Of a stretch of 64,000 nt of DNA, positions 13,450 through 25,970 are shown piece by piece; positions within the stretch are counted from its first letter, which is position 1, and every line of letters starts with the position of its first letter. Location of the stretch: positions 25,174,001 through 25,238,000 of the forward strand of contig NC_045696.1 in assembly GCF_009834535.1 (NCBI RefSeq). Direction: 5' to 3'. This DNA comes from Camelus ferus (Eukaryota). A program made the position numbers and the translations under genes. The notes beneath the pieces are model-generated. The model made no database searches. It was not told the DNA's origin and saw only the letters and a program-made list of their open reading frames with translations.

Positions 13450-14110
13450 ACTAGTGTATCAACTCGAGGAGGGCATGAATTATTGATGCTTGCTGACTCT
13501 TGTACCCCTGCACGTAGTGAAGTACTGGCTTATAGTATGTTGGTTGAATGAATGTATGAATGTATTTCCTCATTTGCTACTGCTTTGGTTGTCTTCCCTC
13601 CATAATATTTTTCTGCAGTTCACCATTTTCAGTCTTACCTTGGCCTCACCTGTGCCCTGTTTAAGTCTCCAATCTCATTGTTACCATGTTCCCTTCACAC
13701 ATTACACTTGAGGATTATTGGATTAATTGCAGTTCTCTGAATCCACCCTGCTTGCTCACAGCTCTGCTTTGCTTAAGTTGTTTGTTTTGGTTGGAATAAG
13801 CTTGGTGCCATTTTTTGCCTGTTTGGCTCCTCTTCCTCCTCCAAACTCAGCTTAACAACAACCCATTATGTGAAGTCTTTTCTGATCACTTTGCTCTGTT
13901 TTAAATATCTCTTTGTCCTCCCTTCATGTGATGTGCATCCTTTTACTGTAGCATCATACTGCTACATCATGTGTATCACACATGCCTGCTTATTTCTCTG
14001 CATCTTCCTCCAATTTGTGAGCACCTTGAAGACAGACACTGTCTTTAATCTCCAGGTCTCCGGCACTTCACACGATATCTGTCATACTCATTATTAATGC
14101 TTCATTGGGA
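13450..14110 (+). mobile_element. L2 3' fragments (two tails)
   Basis: Tail tggttgaatgaatgtatgaatg at ~13541-13562; a second copy with ctccaaactcagctt and gtgagcaccttgaagacagacactgtcttt. Confidence 0.5.
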
Positions 14111-15649
14111 ACACGGATTATAAATCAGCACCCATTCATCCCTTTAGCTTTATAGAACTATTCTCCTTTTATAATGTTATTTGGGGGTTTTTTTACATAA
14201 AAATAGTTAAACTTCTAACAATGTTGACTTTCTTTACGTAGTTTATTTGCAAGTGAAAATGAAATTGTTGCTTCATAACTACAGATTTGTGTTTTGAAGG
14301 AAACTGGGACTCCAGAATATGTTGATGAGGGTAATTTGTGGAGGATTTAGCTGTACTTTTTTCCTGGTTTTGTAGTATTGCTGCTGTCTGCGTCAGTGTG
14401 TGAGCAAAGTGTTCCTGGCAGGTTGAGAGTCAGTTAACAGAGCCTCCAAATCTAATGGAAGACGCGCTGGTGGTGTCTGCAGGCTCTGCTGGTTCAGTGT
14501 TAACAGTTTTCGGCAAAGCAGATGATCCGGTCAACCTTGGACTAACGCATGCTGTTTTCTATTTCTTTTGACTTTTTTTTTTTTTATATTGCCAACCTAC
14601 TCATTAACTGCTGTAAAGAAAGGAACCTAGGGAGAAAGAAATGCAAGTTAGAACATAGTTAGGGTCACTGTCTCTGATAGAAAAATTATTCCAAAGGTGT
14701 TAAGAGTATATCCATGTCATCTCAACGCCAAACTCTTAAATGAATGTATTTGAATTTCCTACTCTTATTTTCTTATTTCAAAAATGATTAATCTCTTCTG
14801 TCCACCACATAGTGAAACTAGTGAGTAACATTCCTAGAGAAGACAATACCCTTGAAATATTTTTTTTAATCCTGTATTTTTGTTTGTTTATTTTCCATCT
14901 TCTCTCTGATCCATTTTTGCCATCAACATTTGACTCTTTCTTTGCCATTATTCTTTTTATATTACTCTTTACCTGCATTATATTGTCAATGTCAATTCTC
15001 CTCAAGTGGTAGTATTTTTCTCTTTGTAATCTAGATCATGGAAAATGGAGTTTCTGGCTACAACTTATATTATTACCCTTAGGTTTCATCATTCCTCATA
15101 AGTCCAGATATTTTCATGAAATGGATCTATATTATTTTTAGCTGTAGTACTTTTGAAGGTTAATCATAGTAAACAAACAATTTTCAAATTTACCATGAAC
15201 ATCTTACTAAATATGTAGACAGTAAGAATGATTATTAAACCATCTTAATGTTGCATTTTTAACATTTTATGAGTAGAATTAGAAGGAATAAAATATATCT
15301 GCATTTCAGTATTAAAATTGGGGAATCCTTCAGTCAGAAGAATAATACTCTGTCATACTGCAAATTGTGAATATTGATTGTCTATCTGCTATGCATAGGG
15401 CACTGCTGAGCACTGGAAGAAACACATGTAAGTTAGTGCCTTTGTTCTCGAGGCATTTATATAGCAGATTATTTTCATTGATTTCCTGAATTTTTTTTTA
15501 AATAACAATATAGTTCTTTTAATACAATGATTCTGTATAGTACCATTAAACTTATGGTGCACGAAGTCTGAAAAGTCCCTGAGAAGTTAATATGTAATTT
15601 GCTGTCCTGTGTGTGTTGCTGGAGGAAATCATAAAAACGCACATTTTAT

Positions 15650-15810
15650 TTTTAGGAGGGAACTTAGCAACCATCTTCTTCAAGATTCTGTCATACCTCT
15701 CTTTCTTCTTCTTCACCCACTTTATAGATGAGAAAACTCAGACTGGTGGGGGCTAAACAGGCTATCCAGAATTAGTCAATTGGGCAGTCACACGGGTTTC
15801 TTAAACCTGC
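15650..15810 (-). mobile_element. MIR SINE fragment
   Basis: cccactttatagatgagaaaactcagac (antisense core). Confidence 0.5.
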
Positions 15811-16754
15811 CCAAGTATTTCAACTACAACCTAAGAGAATTGGCAGATTTATCTCCAGTGCCCACCACCGCCAGCAACAGAGGCATTGGCCTCGTCTGGT
15901 AACAGTTCATGTTTTTCTGAATAAGGATAGCATGCAGGTACCCTGCATGGGACTCTAAGCAAGAGGAAGAACTTCTGTGGGTTTGCTGTAGAAGAATCTG
16001 ATTTCTTGCCTAGGGAAAAGCCCTTGATCGTATCCTACAATAGGAGAAATACAGACTCTCCTCTCAAAACACGACAGAGATTTTCCAGGTCTAGGTGAGT
16101 ACACAAGCATGTGCCGCTTGGTCTGACTTTATTGCCTACACGGGGTCATAATCACTGAGAATAAGGAATGAGTTATTGATGTATAGTGAGCTTGTTTGAC
16201 TAAAACTAATAATATCTTAATGAGTCCCTGCCTTTTCACCAGATTAGATGTTCTCATTGCACTTGTGTTGTTGTATGTTTGACTCACTGTCACATATCCC
16301 ATTTTCTTTAGTTCCTTTTAAGATAAATTGCTATTTATCATGAAAATACAGAACCAGTTTCCTTGGCACACTCACATTTAAGCATTTGATAGAATGGTAG
16401 GCTCTAACAAAATTGAAATTTGCATTATTACTTATTTTTAATTGTCTTTTAAATCCACTTGCTATATACTCCGTTCTGTTGCTAATAGTTGTACATACTG
16501 ACTTGCTGAAATAGTTGAATTCGATGTAAAAAAAAAAATTAATCTACAGTGACTTTGCACATCTAGCTAAAAGTTGAGTACACTTAAAATATCAAACGCA
16601 ACCTCTGAGAGCCCAAACCATACTTTATATATTGTTGACAATTTCAGTTCTGAAAGATTCCTCAAGAGCCACTAAAACTGGTCAGTAGTGCTATACGAGG
16701 TCATTTAAACATCAGCCATGGTGAAACAAACACAGGCGAAAGAAGTAATGGTAC

Positions 16755-16975
16755 CTCTTCAGGCTCTGAAGCCAGAAAGTTAGCTTTTCTACTTGCTTAA
16801 GGTTGACCTTGGGCAAGTTACCCTAAGAATCTTTTCTCATATAAGGTTCTTTGTCTGTACTTGTGAAATGGGGATGGTAATGATTCTCAGACTTGCAAAA
16901 CTGTTGTGGAGGATTAAATTTAAAAATTTGTTTAAAGCGATTCGTACAGAGCCAGCATACTCAATGTGTATCACT
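16755..16975 (+). mobile_element. MIR SINE
   Basis: caggctctgaagccaga...tgaccttgggcaagttac...tgtgaaatgggatggtaat...ctgttgtggaggattaaat. Confidence 0.7.
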
Positions 16976-17098
16976 TAGGCGAGATTATGCCCACTAATGC
17001 TATTAGAAAGATACGGTAGGCATTTTTCTAGGTATTCACTTCCAACTTTGACGAGCACATTAGGATGTGATTTTCTAAAATTAAATACTTTATAAAAA

Positions 17099-17579
17099 TG
17101 TTGATGATTAATTTTATGTGTCAATTTGACTAGGTCCCAGAGTGCCCAAATATTTGGCTAAATAAATATTTCATTGGCTAAATAAATTTTCTGGTGGTGT
17201 CTGTGAGGGTGCTTCTCAGTAAGATTCAGATTTGAATTAGTGAACACAGGGAATCCTTCACAATGTTGGTGGGAATATTCAGTTGTTTAGGGCCTGAACA
17301 GAACAAAAGGCAAAAGAAAGGATTTTGTCCCTTCTCCCTAACTGTTTGAGCTGGGACATAGGTCTTCTCCTGCACTTGGACTGTGACTTCCACCATCAAC
17401 TCCCCTCGTTCCCAGGCCTTTGAACTAAGATTAAACTATAGCACTTGCTTTCCTGGGTCTCCAACTTGCAGATGGCAGATCTTGGTACTTCTTAGCCTCC
17501 ATAATCACATGAGCAAAATCTGTCTGTGTATCTATCTTTACTCTTGGTTCGGTTTCTCTACAGAACCCTGAATAATACA
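17099..17579 (+). mobile_element. ERVL solo LTR (MLT2 family)
   Basis: Start tg..gattaattttatgtgtcaatttgactagg; internal cctgggtctccaacttgcagatggcagat and cttagcctccataatcacatgagc; end gtttctctacagaaccctgaataataca. Confidence 0.9.
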
Positions 17580-17639
17580 CTAATCAATACAATAACCCAA
17601 TTATAACCATTAGGCATCTGCTTTATGTCAGATATTTTT

Positions 17640-17800
17640 AATAAGTGGTAGAGTACATTCAGACATTCAATCATTTATTACTCACAGAGACTCTGTGATG
17701 TAGGGTTCACTGTCCCATCATACAGAAGAGATAATTGCCCTGAGAGATGTTTAGTAAAGATTCAAAGTGGAATTCATGCAATGGTCCACCTGACATAAGA
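17640..17800 (-). mobile_element. MIR SINE fragment
   Basis: ctcacagagactctgtgatgtaggg...cccatcatacagaagagataattgccctgagagatgtttagtaa. Confidence 0.5.
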
Positions 17801-17949
17801 TCCCACTGCCTTTCTGGGAGCCCTGATAGTTTATTGTATGTATTTGCACATAACATTTCCTAGGTAGTAGATTAAACTCATTATTACCACACTTTCTGGT
17901 ACAAAATTTGGGTCTTTGAGAAGTTTCCTATTAAAAAAACCCCTTAGGC

Positions 17950-19330
17950 TGATTTCTGGTTCTCACCAGGATGAAGGGAACCTACTACAGATTAACTCTC
18001 CTACTGATGAAAACAAAACATCTGGACAAAATACAAATAATAGATGAACAAACAAACAAGGATTCTGAAAAATAATAGCACTCAGATAGAAAAGATAAGT
18101 CAAAACTTAAATAACAGTGGCTATGAGTTTCCTAGGGTTTTATTTTCTTCCTTCATCTTCTGGCTTTGAACCCCGGGCAAGCCAAACTAGGAACTTTGTA
18201 ATGATCATGCTCAGCAAAACTGGGCCAGCAAACCAAGTTAAAAAGAAAAAGAAAACAGCCTCAGTGAGCACCAGATTATAAAAGTCCTCATACTTTGTCT
18301 CTTTTTCTTCTCCAGCACTGACCTGGGACCAGCCCCAGTGATGTAGCTGGATTCTCTCAGTGCAGCGGGTATAGGCACATAAGACCCAAGAGAAAACTTC
18401 TCCCTTTCAATAGAGAAACCAAGAAAAGGGTTCCCTGAGTACAAGGGAGGGGACCCATATTACTTTTCTTTCTCACCCTTGTCTCACTGTTCTGCTTATA
18501 ATTGTCCAGATCTACGCAAGAGTGCAGAAGGCTAAATCTCTGAAAGAACTCTATATATTTGCTGGGTAAATCCTAAAATTGGAGACTTTGGAAGCCAGAG
18601 TGAGGCATAAATCCACAAGAATAGAGAGAAAGGAATCTCTAATTTTGTATATAAACCAACACAAGTGCCAGAGTCATCCCTCTCAAGCTCTGCGTGGTCA
18701 GAGCACACCTAAATAAGAGGGAGTGTATAAAGCTCCATCCCAGCTCTCAGGGCACCTCCTGAGATGCTCATGTAATGAGCAGACACCAGAACACAGCAAG
18801 AACTTTGAAAACTCAGCTAATATTCAAACATCTTTCCATAGAAAGCAAAACAGAACTTACAGTCTGGACCTAACCAGGTGATGGTCTGCTAAAATGAATA
18901 AACAAACAAATTGACATTCTCCACATAAATTTAATGGGACCCAGAGTTTTAAAACATAGTATTTTAAATGTCCGTCATACAATCCCCAATTACTAACAAC
19001 CAGAGGGAAAGAAAAATTCTCAAGGGAAAAGACAATGAATAGATTTCAACCTGAAATGACCCAGATGTTAAAATTACCAGACAATAACTTAAAAGCAGCT
19101 ATTCTAACCATGCTTTATGAGGACAAAGTGACCACTCTTGAAGCAACTAAAATAATTGAAATTCTCAGCCAAACACTTTTAAAAAATCTTTAAAAATGTA
19201 AATTTTAGTATTTAAAATACACAGTACCTAAATTAAATAATAAAAAAAAAAAACCTACCAGGTGGATTCAGGAGTAAAACGGAGTTGAGAAAGGGAAACG
19301 TCAGTGAATCTTGCAAATATGATTCAAAAG
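17950..19330 (+). mobile_element. Old L1M (L1MC/L1MD-like) 5' UTR and start of degraded ORF1
   Basis: atgacccagatgttaaaattaccagacaataacttaaaagcagctattctaaccatgc (~19056-19113) reads MTQMLKLPDNNLKAAILTM, resembling the ORF1 start of old L1 families. Upstream is L1M 5' UTR-like sequence; downstream is A-rich sequence resembling the coiled-coil region. Confidence 0.6.
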
Positions 19331-19519
19331 AAAGTTTCAAGCAGAGGTAGGATGTCTGGACCTCAGTTAAATAAATCATATAGTGCCTAATGTTAGTGCA
19401 TGCTGTCTCTGAGCCAACGTGTATAATATGTAAAACTCATCAAAGAAAATATGATCACGTTGTGTTAACGGTGAGGAACATTACAGCAGAATATATCTGC
19501 ATTTCATTTCAAGCGTGAT

Positions 19520-19680
19520 GCAGTGTGAGATTATGCACAAGGTACAAAATTCTTTGAATCCAAGTTTCTTTGTCTTCACTTCATAAATTGTTGTGAGGAC
19601 TGAATGGAATAATATATAGAAAAGTATCAATTTCAGTGAAGTATACCTAATATGAATAAAATAAATGCTAATTCACCTAA
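19520..19680 (+). mobile_element. MIR SINE fragment
   Basis: cttcataaattgttgtgaggactgaatggaataatatatagaaaagt. Confidence 0.5.
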
Positions 19681-21012
19681 CTTTTAGTGTCTCATCCTGA
19701 ACGATATTTTGAAATATTTATGGTTCTAGTCTCAAGCTTGATTGGGATCATTAGCATGTAGAAGAGAATTTATAATGCATTTTCTCTAAAATTATTTGAC
19801 CATGCAGGTTTTCTTCTCATGAAGCAAACAGCAACCTATTATAGAGACGTCAGCTTGAGAAAAAATGTTTGAAACATTTTCTACACCATATGTCTGTAAT
19901 AAGGCTACAGAAGGCTGTAGTTCCAAATCCAGCCTCTCAGATGACTGGAATTGTTCTTACCTGACTTGGTCCTATTATTTTGGTTTATATCTACATTGAA
20001 TAAAAGAAACAATTTTGTGTGAAACAAGTCTATATTTATTTGGAAACTCTGACCCTGAGTGTTTTTATTACCTATAGCCCATTATAAAAACACCAGCATA
20101 ACTGATGCATCTCAGAAATCAGGGCCACAAAAACACATTTTCTCTCATGAGTTAGTATGCTTCCTAGGCATGAAAAATTCTCTTATCCATTTATTTTCCC
20201 TTTTCACCTCTGTAGCAGAAAACCCAGAGGTAGTATATATGCTCAAATGTGGAAATTGCAGTCACTGAGAATTTTTAATTTTTTTCCTTCTTTGTCTATA
20301 GTTCTTCGTACCTGTCTTTGAGTTGCCCTGATTTTATTATAAGCTGTCAAAAACACTTTCTGAAAGAAATAAAAACCATGAGTCTTGTGTGACATGTGCT
20401 GGTTCTCCACAGTGGTTTTTGTGTTATATATTTTCTTTATGTTTCTTCTCTTTCCTAGCATATTCCCTGATTGGTAAATTCTGGAAGTCAACAGCACAGC
20501 TTCACTTTTTTTTTTTTCCCCCTCCATTCAAGTCCTATCTTTGTCACCATCACCACCCCGCCCTCTGCTGTCTAATAGGGAAATGATGGTGAGATGTTTC
20601 TTATTTTGAATAGGTAGTGTGTAAAGCCTCTGGATATTGGACAACTTGCATTATTATAGAGCAAACATGTTTTTGGACATCTGCTGTGTTCTAGGGCCTC
20701 AGCCAGATGCAAGGATACCAGGATAAACCAGACTGTCTTACTGCCTACAAGTTGCTCCTAGGCTGTTTTGCAGATAGACTAAAATTACAGCAGCATATGA
20801 GAAAGTAAAGTGAAGCATCAGGTTCTAGAGCACAGAATGATACATTTTTATGTTGATTTAAAGCTTTGAATGAAAATTGAGATTTGTGGGAAAGGATCAG
20901 AAAAGCTTTCTTTGAGATCTGAAAAAATGGATCCACTGGAAGTTTGTAGATTTCTTAGAACTCTGTATCATCTGGAAGACAAATAAAAGTACTTTTGTAT
21001 TTGTGCTGTTAA

Positions 21013-21040
21013 TGTGTGTGTGTATGTGTGTGTATGTATA
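21013..21040. repeat. Imperfect (TG)n microsatellite
   Basis: tgtgtgtgtgtatgtgtgtgtatgtata read directly. Confidence 0.8.
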
Positions 21041-21139
21041 TTTTAACCTAATTGCTTGCTTCCAAATAAGAATAGTTATATATCAGGGAATAATATTCAA
21101 AATTTAACAAAAGTGAAACCCACTGTTGTTACTCTTTTA

Positions 21140-21310
21140 ATTTTATAACCACCCAGTAGCATGTTTATATTATTTCCATTTTATAAAAGAACAATCCAGG
21201 GTCAAGAAGTTAAATGTCTTATATGAAACTGTACAGCTATCAAGGGCAAAGCTAGAACTTGAACCCAGATCCTCTGATTTGAAAAGCTTTACCCTCAGTG
21301 CTTTACCCTG
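21140..21310 (-). mobile_element. MIR SINE
   Basis: tattatttccattttataaaagaacaatccagggtcaagaagttaaatg...gctagaacttgaacccagatcctctgatt. Confidence 0.65.
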
Positions 21311-22804
21311 CTGTCATTGCATCATTTTCGTTTTTGCCATAGTCTCCAAAGCTTTGCAGAAAAAAAAATTCAGCACAAGTAACTCTAACTATAAATTTCT
21401 GTATTACTCCTAGTATGTATTCTTAGTTGTTTTCAATGATTGTTGCCTTTTATGTCCTCTTCCAGCTGTACTTCTCAAGTGCCTCCTGTATTTGACAAAA
21501 AATTAAGGAAGCGATCTTTTATTATATAACAGGTACTTTTTTATCTTTTGATGGAGATAGTGAGAAGCATATTAAATTGTAGGATAAACACTCAGACTTG
21601 ACTGCGTAGTTTATTCACCTAGAGAAAAGGAAACAAATACAAGCTACATGTTTGGTAACCAACAATAACCTGTCTTTTTAAGAATAATTGGACTTAATTT
21701 GATCTGTTTGAATTTATACACACTTGGAAGAATTCAGTCCCAATTAAATGGAAGACAAGTGCTGAAGCAGTGTGGTGAGCAGTGTTGATGTGTTTAGGCT
21801 AAATAGCTGTTGATGACACTTTGTGAATATCTTGTTTATGAGTATGTTGATTAGAAAATACAAGGCTTGATCAGCCCGCTGGGTCATCTGGCAAGGTGGT
21901 AGAGTAATTTATTTCCAGGTTCTTCTTAATGTTCCTTTCAGTTTCTAATTTGGGCTTATCACCTTTTTCTCCTAGCAGACTAAGAAGGTGTCCTATTCTA
22001 CATACTAATTGTAAACCCCCTCCCCCTCAACCTCCAAAGTCAGCCGATTTCTTTTATATCTTCCCTGCCAGCTGCAAGAGAGAGACAGACAAGATGAAGC
22101 CTTTCTACTGTCAGACACTGACAGAGCAAAGAAATATAGACAGATGGATAACAGATAGTTGGGTTCTAAGTACCCTACAATTTATTGAGGCAAATAGAGG
22201 AAAGTTGAGTGGCAAATTACCTGCACTGTTCACAAACCAGCAGGCAACCCTGTTTGCCAGCTATCCAAATTGTTTCTGGGTAATTTGGCACATTTCTATG
22301 TTGTTGTGCTATATCTAAAGGTATGACTTTGAGTTTTGAAAACCCCCTGTTGTGAAAGATCTGCCCAACAACGAGCAATATGTGGAATTTCAGGGAAATA
22401 CACACACTTTTATTTGATCATTCCAAAAAGAAAATTTCAGGTATGGTCTTTTAGAGTATGAAAAGGAAGATATAATTTATCTTAGTTAATGTTTTATAGA
22501 GTTTTCCTTTCCTTTTTAAAACCTCATCATCTATAATATTCATCCATCTTGGAAATTTGAATTTGATGATGATATTGACAGATTTCAGATATAGAAGTTA
22601 TTTTTCAAATCTGTATTTTTTTTTTCTACCCTGCAGCAGATTCAGTTGAGAATCACATATAGCAGTGCTATAGACTGGTGAATCCCAAATTGATGTTTCA
22701 CAGAAATAGTTTCACAAGATAGTTTGGGGAGAAAAGGGAGAGGAGGGGTAAGGAAAACTGGAGTTTAAATTAGTACATTGAAAACAATGTTGAGCAGGTG
22801 TTTA

Positions 22805-23280
22805 TGAGACGGAGGGAATGAGACAGGGCACAACCATGGAAGGAATGACACAGCAACCAAGGACAGGACAATCTGGTTAGAACCAAGATGGTGGAAGATT
22901 CGACTTCCAGTAGACCTTGAGCCTAGTGGCACACCCACAGGTGCCATGACAGTTCTAGGCTGACCATAAAAGGTCAAAATGTGGGCAGGAGGCCCAATTC
23001 CTAGAAATCCCTGCCCTTTCTCCAACATAGGTGGAATAATCCTTCTACTCATTAGCATATGAAATTAACGAGCCCATAAAAACTAACACCACATCTCATG
23101 ATCACTCCCTCTTGCTTTCTGAGACAGCCCACATTCTGCCTGTGGAATGTGTATCTCTTAAGCTGCTCTCCCTTCTGAGTGAGAGGGCCTGCCCTCTGTC
23201 TATGGAGTGTGTATCTCCCTGAATAAATCTACTTTTACTTCACTGTGCCTCCCTCGACAAGAACCTATTCTCCAGCAACA
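22805..23280 (+). mobile_element. ERV1 solo LTR, MER41-like, with 4-bp TSD
   Basis: TG...CA ends; TTTA duplicated at 22801-22804 and 23281-23284 (4-bp TSD, typical of class I ERVs); AATAAA at 23222-23227. MER41-like blocks: cacacccacaggtgccatgacagtt, gaataatcc..ttagcatat, ccataaaaa, ctctgtctatggagt. Confidence 0.85.
22998..23006. promoter_or_regulatory. GAS/STAT motif TTCCTAGAA inside the MER41-like LTR
   Basis: Exact TTCNNNGAA match, at the position where primate MER41B carries its first GAS site (recalled). Function not shown. Confidence 0.4.
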
Positions 23281-23819
23281 TTTATACTATGGGATTTTGT
23301 AGAGTCTATTACATATTGTTGTTTACCATGAATCTCTGAAGGGAACATGGAAAGCTATTTTTCTCAGGACACCACAAATTTTACCAGCTGTTGTGATGCA
23401 TGGAATACTCTTTGGAATAAGTGCCACAGACAGTAATGTGGATCAGTCGCCTTAGTCATATTAGCAGTTTAGTCTTTTTTTTTCTCCACCAAGGACAATT
23501 GCCCTTGAGAGCTTTTGTGTTCACACTGAAAACTTTCCCTGAAACAAATGGTATTTTAATTTGGAAACATTGTTATTATCATTATTTGCATGATAGGTAT
23601 TTGAAATCAAATGCTTCCTGAGATAACTTATAGGCGCTCACTCAGAGTTCCTAACACATAGCTTTGATAGCCTACTAGCTATCAAGTGGTAAATAGTAAC
23701 ACTGAACAACACAGCAGTGCTCTTCAGTTTAGTTAATATAATACCACAGTTTACCTGCTGACTTTCAACGCACCACAGTGTAAAATGCCCCCAAATGAAA
23801 TAATCCTATTTCCCATGCC

Positions 23820-24430
23820 CTGCCATGCACCCACTCCTTGCTCTGTGTTCCCTAGTTCAATAAATGGCATTACCATCTATGGAATTTAAAAAGCTGAAGT
23901 CACCTTGACTTTTCTATCCTCCTCACCTCCCACTATCAGTCAATCATTAAGTCTCATTAGTTCTAACTCCTAAGTGTCTTTCAATCATCAAGGCCTCTGT
24001 TCTAGTAGATTACATCTTTTATTTGGAACACTTCTGAGGTTTGTAGCCTTGTGTCTCCATGTTTACTTTCCCTGTTTCCATTCAATTCTGACCAATGTTA
24101 TATTCTGATATTACTTGTGTGTGTGTGTGTAGCTAATATGTAGTTATTCTGCAATTTTCAGCTGAAAACTCACTTTCTCAGAGATGCAGTACCCAGACTT
24201 CAGATTGCCTTAGTTCTTCCTGTATTACACTCACACGCTGCCTCAAATGTCTTTTTTTTTTTCTTGTAACAGTGATTATACTTTTCATAAGTTGGTGAAT
24301 GCCAGTCTGTGTCACTAAATTATAAGCTCCTTGAGGACAGGGACCAGGCCTACCTTTGTCCACTTCTGTAAAACCAGTACCTGGCTTAGTTACTGATATG
24401 TGGAAGTAGCTGGAAGTTATTTGTTTATTC
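23820..24430 (+). mobile_element. L2 fragments
   Basis: tcaataaatggcattaccatc...gtcaccttgactttctatc...atcagtcaatcattaagtc; 3' part ttataagctccttgaggacagggacc. Confidence 0.6.
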
Positions 24431-24789
24431 CATGACATTGCTTCTGCTGCTTCTGCTGCTCCTGCAGGGTGGAATGTTCAATCTCTCTTTTCTATCTATA
24501 CCTTTCCCCCAAATGAAATATCCATTCTTCAAAATTCAGATCAAATGTACTTCCTTAGTGAATTCTTCCATTATTGCTAATCTTCCTAAGAATTAACCAC
24601 CCTACAGAATACTTTTTCTTCTATCTAGCATCAGTAATAGTATCCTCCTGCAACAAACACGCACAATGGTAATCTTCTTTACAGCAAATGCCTCTCAGAG
24701 TACCTTGTGTAATAAAGAGAACTTTCAGTAAGAACTCGTTGAACTGAAATTGGTTTTGCTGATTCTGACTTTATCCTATTATGTAGAAA

Positions 24790-25740
24790 GATCTTTATGC
24801 TCCAGATATGTATATCCTGCTGCCTAATTTGATGTCACCAGCCAAAGAGTCTGGCACTTAAAATATCCAAAGAGACTTCTGTGCCCAAATCTGTGCCCCA
24901 TGAATCTTCTTCCTCTAGTTAAATGGTACCGCCATCCATCTTCTCAAGTAGACACTTGGGCATTACCTTTGGATCCTTTTTCTCTCATCATCCCCCCTCC
25001 TTCTATCAAGTCTAACAGCAAGTTCCAGTAGTATTTTCTCCAATTGTGTAATTCCATCTTTTTTCTACATCCACTTCAACCATTTTATTTAGGCCGCTAT
25101 CATTTCTTCCCTGCCTCTTCACAAGAGTTTCCTAATCGGTCTTCCTGAGTTTGCTTTCACCCTTTATCAATCCACTCACTATATAGAGCAAATAAAATAT
25201 TTTTAAACCATAAATGAGGTCGCACAACTCAACTGCTTCAAAACTATCAGTGGTTTTCCATATCACAGAGAATAAAAGAAAAACATCTTGCCATACTGCA
25301 ATATATTATACATAGTAGCATGTGAACCTCCTCTTTAGCCACCCCTATCCATCCTGTATGTCTGCCTGACTGTGTTTCTTTCAGCTCCTGGCACAGGTCA
25401 ACCTTTTCCAATCTTTGCTCCTGACGCTCCCGCCTGAACTGCACCTTCCCTATGTTCTACGTGACCAGCAGCTTCAGTTCCTTCAGGGCTAGGCTGAAAT
25501 GTCAACCTTCCTGGATTGCTCTAACAATACTATTTGAAATAGCACACCTTGTTCTTGGTAATACCTAGCGCTTCGTTTCCTTCATGGTCATTATTACAAT
25601 TTGCAATTATTTTTATTTACCACTTACTTGTTTGTTGTCTGGATTCACTCTTGGAACGTCAGGTTCATGGGTACGTGTGTGAGGTCTGTCATTTCTACAG
25701 TATGCATGTGAAAACTGTATTTATCCTGAATGAATTAAGG
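24790..25740 (+). mobile_element. L2 3' portion
   Basis: gttaaatggtaccgccatccatc; ttcctaatcggtcttcctg; cttcaaaactatcagtggttttcca; gctgaaatgtcaaccttcc; tail tttatcctgaatgaat. Confidence 0.7.
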
Positions 25741-25794
25741 TGTTTGAAATCATTAAAAACATTATATGCAACATAAGCAAAGATGTTTAATAGA

Positions 25795-25970
25795 GAAATA
25801 GACCTGGGTTTGATGAATGATTTAGGAGCTTAATAACCTTGTGGTCTGGGCGAATCATGGAAACATTTGGAGCCACACTAGTAGTTTCTGTCCCTCTAAA
25901 ATCAACATGTAGATTTGTTGTAAGGACTTTTCAGATAGTGTATTTAAAGTACGTATAGCAAGGTTTTCCA
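25795..25970 (+). mobile_element. MIR SINE, degraded
   Basis: atagacctgggtttga...tgtggtctgggcgaatca...agtttctgtccctctaaaat...gttgtaagga. Confidence 0.45.
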
